NCBI RefSeq assembly: GCF_006345805.1
Contig: NW_021823687.1
Span: forward strand, 1-21,618
DNA length: 21,618 nt
Direction: 5' to 3'
DNA from: Octopus sinensis
Taxonomy: Eukaryota
The notes below the pieces were generated by a model. The model was given only the letters and a program-made list of their open reading frames with translations, did no database searches and was not told where the DNA came from. The translations under genes and the position numbers were made by a program. Below, one piece after another: positions 1 to 10,839 of the stretch (position 1 is the stretch's first letter; every line of letters starts with the position of its first letter).

Positions 1-703
1 CTCCTTACTCATCTCCTAAACCCTCATAATCCTTCCCTCCTCTTCTCACCTCTCTTCTCTCTTCCTCCTCCTCCTCCTCCTCTCCTGCTCCTTACTCATC
101 TCCTAAACCCTCATAATCCTTCCCTCCTCTTCTCACCTCTCCTTCTCTTCTTCCTCCTCCTCCTCCTCCTCTCCTGCTCCTTACTCATCTCCTAAACCCT
201 CATAATCCTTCCCTCCTCTTCTCACCTCTCCTTCTCTTCTTCCTCCTCCTCCTCCTCCTCTTCCTCCCCTTATCTCCTCCTCCTACTGCCTGCTTTTCCT
301 CTTCCCTTCCTCCTGCTCCGCTTCTTCTCTTGCATCTCCTCCTCCTCCTCCTCTTCCTCCTCCTCTCCTTCTCCTTACTCATCTCCTAAACCCTCATAAT
401 CCTCCCTCCTCTTCTCACCTCTGCTTCTCTTCCTCCTCCTCTTCCTCCCCTTATCTCCTCCTCCTACTGCCTACTTTTCCTCTTCCCTTCCTCCTGCTCC
501 CCTTCTCTTGCATCTCCTCCTCCTCTTCCTCCTCCTCTCCTGCTCCTTACTCATCTCCTAAACCCTCATAGTCCTCCCTCCTCTTCTCACCTCTCCCTCT
601 CTTCCTCCTCCTCCTCCTCCTCCTCTTCCTCTTCCTCCCCTTATCTCCTCCTCCTACTGCCTACTTTTCCTTTTCCCTTCCTCCTGCTCCCCTTCTCTTG
701 CAT

Positions 704-736
<33 letters not shown>

Positions 737-938
737 CTCTCCTGCTCCTTACTCATCTCCTAAACCCTCATAGTCCTCCCTCCTCTTCTCACCTCTCCCT
801 CTCTTCCTCCTCTCCTCCTCCTCCTCCTCCTCCTCCTCTTCCTCTTCCTCCCCTTATCTCCTCCTCCTACTGCCTGCTTTTCCTCTTCCCTTCCCCCTGC
901 TCCCCTTTTTCCTGCTCCTCCTCTTCCTCCTGCTCCCC
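1..938. repeat. Compound pyrimidine-rich minisatellite with higher-order structure
   Basis: Motif ctccttactcatctcctaaaccctcata starts at 1, 88, 177, 371, 543 and 745. A second motif (ccccttatctcctcctcctactgcct...cttttcc) occurs in the four later, longer units. (CCT)n spacers vary in length. The + strand is almost all C/T. Confidence 0.95.
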
Positions 939-1067
939 TGAATTAGATGAAACACCTGAAACCACTGGGACAAAACAAGCAAAACGGATCAAAGAAATTG
1001 CAAAAAGGAACGGGTAGAGACAAATTGAGGAGGAATGGAAGCAGGGCATCTGAAGGGATGGTATATA

Positions 1068-1466
1068 GGAGCAGGAGTGGCTGTGTGGTAAGTAGCTTGC
1101 TAACCAACCACATGGTTCTGGGTTCAGTCCCACTGCGTGGCATCTTGGGCAGGTGTCTTCTGCTATTGCCCCGGGCCGACCAATGCCCTGTGAGTGGATT
1201 TGTTAGACGGAAACTGAAAGAAGCCTGTCGTATATATGTATATATATATATGTGTGTGTTTGTGAGTCTGTGTGTTTGTCCCCCTAGCATTGTTTGACAA
1301 CCGATGCTGGTGTGTTTACGTCCCCGTCGCTTAGTGGTTCGGCAAAAGAGACCGATAGAATAAGTACTAGGCTTACAAAGAATAAGTCCCGGGGTCGATT
1401 TGCTCGACTAAAGGCGGTGCTCCAGCATGGCCGCAGTCAAATGACTGATACAAGTAAAGAGAGTAA
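1068..1466 (+). mobile_element. SINE family A, full length (tRNA-derived head, internal (TA)n(TG)n, short gagtaaa-type tail)
   Basis: A-box-like tggctgtgtggta and B-box-like ggttcagtccc. Near-identical copies at 13291, 13956 and 16206. Inserted inside the R4 ORF. Size is in the range I recall for octopus OK/OR1 SINEs, but I cannot assign the family by eye. Confidence 0.9.
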
Positions 1467-1629
1467 TTCGAAGTCGAAATGCTGATGTAGACTAAGCAAC
1501 AACCCATCAGTGGCTGAGAATTTCATCATCGAAAGCAGAGACTGAAGGTTTCATATTGGCGGCACAAGATCAAAGCTTACTTACCAAAACCTACCAGGTT
1601 AAGTTTCTTCAAAACGGTTCTGACACAAA

Positions 1630-2233
1630 GGCGGCGAGCTGGCAGAAACGTTAGCACGCCGGGCGAAATGCTTAGCGGTATTTCGTCTGCGTTACGTTGT
1701 GAGTTCAAATTCCGCCGAGGTCGACTTTGCATTTCATCCTTTCGGGGTCGATAAATTAAGTACCAGTTACGCACTGGGGTAGATGTAATCGACTTAATAC
1801 CTATGTCTGTCCTTGTTTGTCCCCTCTATGTTTAGCCCCTTGTGGTAATAAGAAATAGGTATTTCGTCTGCGTTACGTTGTGAGTTCAAATTCCGTCCCG
1901 CCGAGGTCGACTTTGTCTTTCATCCTTTCGGGGTCGATAATTAAGTACCAGTTACGCACTGGGGTCGATGTAATCGACTTAATACCTATGTCTGTCCTTG
2001 TTTTGTTCCCCTCTGTGTTTAGCCCCTTGGGGTAATAAGAAATAGAAGTAGGTATTTCGTCTGCCTTACGTTCTGAGTTCAAATTCCGCCGAGGTCGACT
2101 TTGCCTTTCATCCTTTCGGGGTCGATAAATTAAGTACCAGTTACGCACTGGGGTCGATGTAATCGACTTAATACCTATGTCTGTCCTTGTTTGTCCCCTC
2201 TGTGTTTAGCCCCTTGTGGGTAATAAAGAAATA
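1630..2233 (+). mobile_element. SINE family B tandem array 1: one head plus 3 bodies
   Basis: Head ggcggcgagctggcagaaacgttagc at 1630, B-box-like gagttcaaattcc. Bodies restart with ggtatttcgtc at 1858 and 2051. Flanked by ggttctgacac (1616-1626) and ggttctcacac (2234-2244). The R4 reading frame rejoins across it (NGS[D/H]TKCRFC). Confidence 0.92.
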
Positions 2234-2878
2234 GGTTCTCACACTAAATGCAGATTCTGCGACACATTTAACGAAACAAAAGACCATCTCGTCTCGGGAT
2301 GTCTTGTGCTGACACCACACGAATACTAAAATCGCTAAGGTGGAGTAGAACAGTATCTAGATGAGATAATATATAAACACTACAAAATCAGTACTCCTGC
2401 TCATTGGATTGAGCATCATCCTGAGCCAGTCGTCGAAGGTTAGAATGTCACTATTCTCTGGTATTTTCCAGTCAATATCGACAGAACGATCAAGGCTAAT
2501 CGACCAGACATAGTCATTAAGGATAGGGGAAAAAATAATTGTACACTAATAGATGTAAGTGTTCTCACTGATAAATATATACCTGTAAAGGAATTTGACA
2601 AATTAAATAACTATGAGGACCTGGACTTCGAAATACAAAAGATGTGGTACCTTAAATCGAGAACTATCCCTGTTTTTGTAGATGCCCTAGGTATGGAAAA
2701 AAAATGAGATGTCAGAAACATCCAAATAATATCCCAGGAGAACCATGTTTCAGAGAAATCCAAAAGATTGTGCTGACAAGTACCGCCCACATACTTTAAA
2801 TGTCTGTATTGTATTACATGAAGATATTTCGTTACTGCCCCAGCCACTTCCCCTCCCCAAGCTTTCAGTCATACTGTA

Positions 2879-3016
2879 AGATCACCATGTCACGTACATA
2901 TGTTTGCGATGCATGTGCCTAGTGTACCCTTATCAGACGGGTAGTCATGATGGGTATACTGGGCTTCGTATATTTCTACCCCAGTATCGCTTTGATGGCA
3001 TGCACTGCTCTCTTAC

Positions 3017-3090
<74 letters not shown>
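2879..3090 (+). mobile_element. LINE 3' terminal segment (family C, probably the Dong/R4 3' UTR), copy 1, with about 24 AAT repeats
   Basis: aagatcaccatgtc...gtacccttatcagacgggtagtcatgatggg...gatggcatgcactgctctc is shared with the copies at 3091 and 4015. It lies 80 bp after the R4 ORF end. Pure AAT run at 3019-3090. Confidence 0.75.
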
Positions 3091-3777
3091 TACCCTGATG
3101 CAGTACCAATACCCTGATGCAGTACCAGGCAGTGGCTCTCATGGCTTCTGATCTAACTGATTGGAAGTGTTATCATGTACATTGTTTTGTCTTTGTATAA
3201 AAGATTGGCTACACGCAAATATTCTGCTCAATACCACAGATTTGCTTGTCAGTTGTTTGAGCTTAACCAGTTGAGCATGTCCCTTAGTGGCTGACGATAT
3301 GTGCATCTCTGATCACGAGCAGAATAGTGGGGGAGCATCATAGCCATGTGTTTGAGAGGGATTCTTTGGGTTTGAATAATTCACCTCTGGAAACATAGGT
3401 GGTTCTTTCAACATCCTTAAACAACCCTTATTCAGGGACCTTTTGAGCAGGATGGGCTACTCAACCTGAAGAAATTCTAACTGGGCCCCACCTGCAAGGT
3501 CATGTGCTGTTTATCTTGACATGAAGATCACTATGTCGCGCACATATGGTTGTGATGCATGTGTCCTGGTGTACCCTTATCAGACGGTAGTCATGATGGG
3601 TATGCTGGGCTTCGTATATTTTACCCCAGTGTCACTTTGATGGCATGAACTGCCTCATCACGCAATTATAATAATAATTATAATAATAATAAATAATAAT
3701 AATAATAATAATAATATAATAATAATAAGAATAGTAATAATAATAAAATAATCAAATAATATATAATAGTAATATAA

Positions 3778-3808
<31 letters not shown>

Positions 3809-3853
3809 TAATAATGAAATAATAATAATATAATAATAATAATAATAATATGA

Positions 3854-3894
<41 letters not shown>

Positions 3895-3964
3895 GTAATA
3901 GTAATAGTAATAATAATATCATAATAATAATAATATAATATAATATGATAATGATAATAATAGG

Positions 3965-4014
<50 letters not shown>
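3091..4014 (+). mobile_element. Family C 3' terminal segment, copy 2 (about 575 bp), with a degenerate (AAT)n tract of about 350 bp
   Basis: Contains the whole of copies 1 and 3 as its 3' part. Starts directly after the AAT tail of copy 1. Confidence 0.8.
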
Positions 4015-4015
<1 letters not shown>

Positions 4016-4581
4016 TCACGAGCAGAAGTAGTAGGGGAGCATCGAGAGGAATTCTTTGGGGTTTGGATTACTGATCTTTAGAAACATGGGTGTTTCGTTC
4101 AACATCCTTAAACAACCCTTATTCAGGGACCTTTTGAACAGGATGCGCTACTCGACCTGGACAAAATTCTAATTTGTCTCCCACCTGCAAGGTCATGCGC
4201 TGTTCATTTTGATATGATATCTCGATGTCGCCCACATATGGTTGCGATGCATGTGTCTAGTGTACCCTTATCAGACGGGTAGTCATGATGGGTACATTGG
4301 GCTTCGTATATTTCTATCCCAGTAGAAATTTTCGTCTGTCGTTACGTTCTGAGTTCAAATTCCGCCGAGGTCGACTTTGCCTTTAATCCTTTCGGGGTCG
4401 ATAAATAAAAAGTACCAGTTTCGCACTGGGGTCGATGTAATCGACTTAATCCCTTTGTCTGTCCTTGTTTGTCCTCTCTATGTTTAGCCCCTTGTGGGCA
4501 ATAAAGAAATATATATTTCTATCCCAGTATCACTTTGATGTCATGAACTGCTCTCTCTCTCACCCAATAACGATAATAATA
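4015..4581 (+). mobile_element. Family C 3' terminal segment, copy 3, interrupted by a SINE B body
   Basis: atcacgagcagaagtagt...caacatccttaaacaacccttattcagggacc matches copy 2. It resumes at 4530 (tcactttgatgtcatgaactgc) and ends in a short aataacgataataat tail. Confidence 0.8.
4325..4511 (+). mobile_element. Headless SINE B body with a perfect 18-bp TSD
   Basis: tatatttctatcccagta at 4307-4324 and 4512-4529. The insert matches one array unit, starting at tttcgtctg. Confidence 0.93.
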
Positions 4582-4865
4582 AACGGGTCCTTTCTCATGG
4601 CGCTAGTGTCCCTAAAGAAAGTGGGGGACATATTTTATGAAACTACGTCCTTCTACACATCGACTCGTGCCCCCTGGGTGAAATTACGAACGGATTTGAA
4701 GATTTCTGTAATGAAATTATTCATGGCTTCGGTAGCCATGTTTCCATCCATGACTCTCTCCGCTGACAACACATTGTCCTCCTACACATAGTTATTTCCG
4801 TGGACCTGTGCTCTCAAGATTTACATTACTAAAGAAGTTGAGGACCTCTATAATGAAATTATATA

Positions 4866-5338
4866 CTGGTGGGGGGTTGTAGCAGTAGTGATAATGGTGG
4901 TGGTGGTGGTGTTGGTGGTGGTGATGGTGGTGGTGGTAATGGTTGTGGTGGTGATGGTGGTGGTGGTAATGGTGGTGGTGGTGGTGTTGGTGGTGATGGT
5001 GGTGGCGGTAATGGTATGGTGGTGGTGGTGGTGGTGGTGTTAATGGTGGTGGTGGTGGTGGTGTTGGTGGTGATGGTGGTGGTGGTGGTGACGGTGGTGA
5101 CGGTGGTGGTGGTGGTATTGGTGGTTATGGTGGTGGTGGTAATGGTGGTGGCGGTGGTGGTGGTGGTGGTAATGGTGGTGGTGGTGGTGGTGGTGTTGGT
5201 GGCGACGGCAGAGGTGTTGATGGTGGCGGTAATGAACGTAGGGCTTGTGGTAATGCTGGTGGTGGTGGTGGTGTTGGGGGATAGTGCTGACGGTCGAGGT
5301 GATGATGACGTTGAACATGCTGCTATTGCTGCTGATGG

Positions 5339-5380
<42 letters not shown>

Positions 5381-5890
5381 CGATGATGATGACGACGACG
5401 ATGATGATGTTGATGATGAAAATGATGATGACGATGATGATGACGACGACGATGATGATGTTGATGATGAAAATGATGATGATGATGATGGCGACGATGA
5501 TGATGACGGTGATAACGATGATAATGATGATGATGGTGATGATGATGATGATGATGATGATGACGATGATGATGACGACGACGATGATGATGTTGATGAT
5601 GAAAATGATGATGATGATGATGATGACGATGATGATGACGATGATGATGATGATGATGATGACGATGATGATGATGATGATGACGATGATGGTGATGATG
5701 ATGATGATGTGGATGATGATGATGATGACGATGATGATGACAATGATGATGACGATGACGATGATGACAATGACGATGATGATGATGATGATGATGATGA
5801 CGATGATGATGACGATGATGATGATGATGACGATGATGATGATAATGATGATGACGATGACGATGATGACAATGATGATGATGATGGAGT
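4866..5890. repeat. Compound trinucleotide microsatellite: (GGT)n changing to (GAT/GAC)n
   Basis: GGT runs at about 4866-5280, GAT/GAC runs at about 5300-5885. The block gacgacgacgatgatgatgttgatgatgaaaatgatgatga recurs three times. Confidence 0.97.
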
Positions 5891-6228
5891 TAGTTTTGTT
5901 GTTGGCGATGTGGATGCAATCTTTTTTTAGGTGTCGGCCATGATGGTAATAATAATAATAGCGATGTTGATGGTAGCAGGTGGCTGTGGCTGTGGTTGTG
6001 TGTCGATGGGGAGGGGATGGGCATGGAGGGGAGACGAGTGTTTTGGTTGTGGGTGTTTTAGACAGAAGAAAAAAGAAAAAAATAACAAACAAACAAAAAA
6101 AACAAGAAAAAACACAGACAAAACAAAACAAAAGAAACAATAACACAAACCGACTTGCTGAATGACATGTGAAATGGAAAGAAAGCAAAATACTATAAAC
6201 AGAACCAATCAGATAAATTGGCATATCG

Positions 6229-6834
6229 ATATGTATATATATATATATATATATATCTATATATTTATGCAAATATATATATTATATATTTACATATATA
6301 TATATATATATATATAGTATATATATATATTATTATATATATATATATATCTATTATTATATATATATAAATATGCATATATAATGCTATAGATTATTAT
6401 ATATATATATATATATATATATTAGATGTATATATATATATATATGCATATATATGCATATATATATATATATATATGAATATATATATATACAATAGAA
6501 TATAGTATATATATATAAATAATATATATATATTTATATATATATATACATATATATTCATATATATGCTATATATATATATATATAATATATATATAAA
6601 TATATATATATATACATAACTACATGCATATATATCTATATATTACTACATATATATGTACTATAATTTGCATACATGCATTGCAATATATCTATGTGCA
6701 TTGTGTAATTATGCTTGGTTGTGTGCAGATATACATATATGTAAATATATATATACAACACACCTATACGTATATATATATGCATATATGTGCAAATATA
6801 TATATATACACGCATATATAAATTTATATCTATA

Positions 6835-6879
<45 letters not shown>

Positions 6880-6958
6880 ATACATACACATATACATATA
6901 TATTATATTATATACATACATATATACATATATGTATATACACATATACATACGTATG
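6229..6958. repeat. Degenerate (TA)n microsatellite field
   Basis: Directly visible TA dinucleotide runs with CA and TG interruptions. Confidence 0.95.
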
Positions 6959-6959
6959 T

Positions 6960-7912
6960 AGAGAGAGAAAAAGTGGGGAGAATGGAGAGAGTTTTATAGA
7001 GGCGAAGGTAAAGAGAGGGCGGGAATGAACGAGAGAGAGTGAGAACGAGAGAGAGCGAATGAAAGGAGAGAGTGAATGAAAGATATGAGAGACAGAGAGA
7101 GTGTGTGAGAAAGAGAAAGAGAAAGAGCGAGAGAAAGAGAAAGAAAGGGAGAGCAGGAGAGAATAATGCAGAGATTGAAGTGATAAGAAAATGGACGGGG
7201 GGGGGGGAGAGAAGAAGAAAAGGAAGAAGGAAAGTAAGGAGTGAATGAAAGAAAGAGGAGAGAGAAATTAAGAAAAAGTTGGAAAAAAGATTGAAAGAAA
7301 GAAACGAAGAAAGATTGAAAGAGAAATGCGAAAAAGAAGAAACGAAAATATAAATGAATGAAGGAAAGAATTGAAGAGAGAGAGAGAGAGAAAGAGAGAG
7401 GAGAGAAAGAGAAAGAGAGAGAAAGAATGAAAGGAAAACTGTTAGAAAGGAGGGAAGAAGGAATGGAAGGAAGAAGAATAAGAAAGAAATAAGGAATGAA
7501 AGAAAGAAAAGAGTGAAAACGGAAGAGCGAAAGAAAGACAGGAACGAATAAGAAATGACGAAAGAAGAAAAAGAGTGCCAGAAGGAAAGAATGAGAGTGA
7601 AAGAAAGAAAAGATGTAGAAACAGGACGAAAGAGTGTGAGGGAAGAAGGAAGATTGAAAGAATGAAAATACAAATATAACAGTGAAAGAAAGGAAAGAAG
7701 AGAGAATGAATGGAAGAAAGAAACGAAGAAGGAAAGACAATAAAAAGAAAGAAGTGCAGAATGAGGAGAAGAAATTAAGTAAAACAGTAGAAAGGGTGAA
7801 AGAAAGAGAAATGAATAAGAAATAAAGGAAGGAAGGAAGGAAGGAAAGAAGGAAGGAAATACAAAAGGAATAGATACAGTGGCTGGAGAGGAGTGTGAGG
7901 AAAGAAGAAACA

Positions 7913-7947
<35 letters not shown>

Positions 7948-8050
7948 GAAGGAAAAAGAGGGACAGATACAGAGACAGAAGAAAGCAGTGTGAGGAAAGA
8001 AGGAAAGAAGGAAAGAAGGAAAGAAGGAAAGAAAAGAGAGAAAGATGACA
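6960..8050. repeat. Purine-rich low-complexity tract, (GA)n/(GAAA)n/(GGAA)n
   Basis: About 1.1 kb that is predominantly A/G on the + strand. Confidence 0.93.
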
Positions 8051-8109
8051 GAGTGAATTTCATTTGTGAAATACATAGATTAGTTTCTATGTTCAAAGGA
8101 ATGGGTGAG

Positions 8110-8120
8110 ATGTCTGTGTG

Positions 8121-8173
<53 letters not shown>

Positions 8174-8448
8174 GTGTGTGTGTGTGCATCATATATTTCT
8201 GTGAGAGAGATATATGTGTGTGGCATGTGTATATATATATATATATGTATATCTATATATAAACATATACATACATATATATATATATGCATATGTGCGT
8301 ATATATATACACATATACATACATATATACAATTGCATATATATATATGTATATATATATATACATATATGTATATATATAAGTATATATATAAGCATAC
8401 ATATATGTATACATACACACACATGTATGTTTGTGTGTGTGCATGCGC

Positions 8449-8485
<37 letters not shown>

Positions 8486-8974
8486 TATATGTGTGTGTGC
8501 GCATAAATGCATATATATGTTTGGTAGACGTGTGTAATATACGCATACGCATATATACTATTACATACACACGCTTACACACATTTGTCTGCACATACAC
8601 ATATACATGCTCATGCATATGCGCATATGTACACACACACACACATACACACACACGCACACACATGTGTATACGCACATGATATGGCCATATCATCGGG
8701 AGGGCGCCGACCCGTGTTTGCTCACAGGTATAGTTGTTATTGTGGTCGGTGCAGCCGGCTACGTACGTCTGGGCATGTGCGCGTGTGAATCTGTGTGTGT
8801 GTGTATGCACACACAGACACAGACATATATATATATATATATATATATAATACACACATGCATATATATACATATATATATGTAAACATATGTATATATA
8901 AATATATATATATATACGCATACACCCACATACACATATATACATATATATATGTATATGTATTATATATATAC

Positions 8975-9005
<31 letters not shown>

Positions 9006-9345
9006 CATACATACATACATATAATCTATATATATACATATATATATACATACACACATGCATATATAGTATGTTGTATATATATATATATAAAATATAT
9101 ATATCGATATATAATATAATAATATATACACACACACATAATATATATAGATGTATGGATATATATATATAAATATATATATATGTATGTATATATATAT
9201 ATATAAATATATCTATTATTGTATATATATATGCATATATCTATATTATATATATATATATATAATATATATATGTATGTATATGCGTGTGGACGTGTAT
9301 GTATAGTGTTTGTGGTGTGTGTGTGTGTGTGTGTGTGCGTACGTG
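8110..9345. repeat. (TG)n/(TA)n/(CA)n microsatellite field containing a short GC-rich island at about 8679-8790
   Basis: Directly visible dinucleotide runs. Confidence 0.93.
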
Positions 9346-9678
9346 CGTGGTGCGTGGTGCGTGTACGTTGGCATCGAGAAACAAGTCTTGGTCTTATCTC
9401 TTTCCGTCCAAAAAGGTTACAGCGATGACATAAAAATATTCTGCGATTTCCTCCCACGCAGACGCCCACCGTGTCTTGGATTTCATTCCATTTACCATTT
9501 CCATTTTACTTTATTTGCTTATTTCCTTTATAGACCTTTCTATGTCTGGCAGAATATATCGGAATCTGTCCGCAATGGTCACAACAGTCTTTCGTTTACA
9601 CGGACAGCTTTGCTTTTTTCTTTTTTTTTCTTTTTCTTTTCGTTCTTTTTCTTTCCTTTTTTTTGTCTGTTTTACATG

Positions 9679-10088
9679 TTTTACTTGTTACAGTAATGAG
9701 ACTGCGGCCATGCTGGGGCACCGCCTTGGGGAGGAATTTTTTTTTTAATTGAATGAATCGACCTGGGACTTATTCACACGGTTCTCTTTTTGCCGAACCG
9801 CTAAGTTACGAGGACGCCAACGCAATTATGATGGTAGGGGACAAATACAGGCACAACACACACATACACACACACTCACACACACACATACACACATACA
9901 CACACACACACACACACATACACACACACACATACACAGGAGAGGCTTCTTTCAGTTTCTATCTACTAAGGCCACTCAGAAGACTTTGGTTGGTCTGAGG
10001 CTATAGATACTTTCCAAAGGTGCCATGCAGTGAAACTGAACCCAGAATCATGTGGCAGAGAGGCGCGCTTCTTGCTACACAGCCATGC
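9679..10088 (-). mobile_element. Diverged SINE family A copy with an internal deletion
   Basis: Reverse complement of the A tail (ttttacttgt..ctgcggccatgctgg..gccgaaccgctaagttac), then (CA)n at 9855-9935, then reverse complement of the head (ggcttctttcagtttc..actgaacccagaatcatgtgg..cacagccatgc). Confidence 0.8.
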
Positions 10089-10106
10089 ATATATATATAT
10101 ATATAT

Positions 10107-10154
<48 letters not shown>

Positions 10155-10839
10155 TATAATATATATCTATATATATACATATACATATATATATATATGT
10201 TTTATATATACTTGGAGAAGGATGCGTGGCGTTCGATCAATATTATAAATAATATATAGATATATGCATATATACATACATATATGTACAGACCTACATC
10301 TATATGTATATATACATGCATATATGGGTACAGGACATCAAAATAACGTTGAACACAATCAGAAACAAAAACATAAAAACAAAAACATAGAAACGAACTT
10401 TTTTCAAACAACGAACAAACAGAGTACAAGACATACAACACAAGGAATATTCCCCTTCTTCGGTTGTCCCTGTTTCGTCTACTCCGCGTTTCGAAGGTAA
10501 GGATAAGACGCGACTTCGTTGAAACACTCCTTCCCGCAAAGCAAATTAAATAAAATTTGGGATTTCTTTCGGCGGCGTAAAAGTGGTAAAAAGAACAGGA
10601 AAGTAAGAACAAAACAATACAGTAAAAACAATAAAAGTAAAAACAGCAAAAGACAGAAAAAAGAGAGTAACACAGTAAAACAAACGATGAGGGCTGTTAA
10701 GCCAAGACAATGGAAAAATTATTCTGAACACTCGAGGAGACAACTTATGAGAGAGACAGGGTAAGCGGTCTGGTCTTGGTGAAGATAGCATATGTTATTC
10801 TCTTTGTTCTCTCTTTTACTGTCGAATAGTCGAAAAAAA

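Larger units (their letters stand above)
943..2799 (+). pseudogene. Decayed C-terminal part of an R4/Dong-clade non-LTR retrotransposon ORF (CCHC zinc knuckle plus restriction-like endonuclease), split by two SINE insertions
   Basis: Manual translation: 943-1050 LDETPETTGTKQAKRIKEIAKRNG*RQIEEEWKQ; 1469-1626 RSRNADVD*ATTHQWLRISSSKAETEGFILAAQDQSLLTKTYQ..NGSD; from 2246 KCRFCDTFNETKDHLVSGC..EY; then TILWYFPVNIDRTIKANRPDIVIKD..LIDVSV..KEFDK..YEDL..EIQKMW..IPVFVDALG; ending EIQKIVLTSTAHIL* at 2799. Contains several stops and indels. Confidence 0.9.

Noticed and set aside
1631-2233. B-unit arrays as CRISPR arrays (also 17018-18172 and 20735-21561)
   Set aside because: Units are about 185 bp, repeated in full with no unique spacers, carry Pol III boxes, and sit in a eukaryotic context with no cas genes.
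2821-2883. 53-bp insert flanked by aagat repeats between the R4 ORF end and family C copy 1
   Set aside because: A 5-bp repeat is within chance expectation, and I cannot distinguish an insertion from native UTR without a consensus.
3678-9469. Long ORFs (poly-D, S, M, I, L, YI, HT, F/S-rich; up to 429 aa)
   Set aside because: They are translations of AAT, GGT, GAT, GA, TA and CA repeats that lack stops in some frames. There are no domains or other coding signal.
10330-10790. ORF1 or host exons upstream of the Tx1 fragment (donor-like gtaagg near 10497 and gtaagc near 10761)
   Set aside because: The A-rich, K/N-biased short ORFs have no recognisable motif, and there are no paired acceptors.
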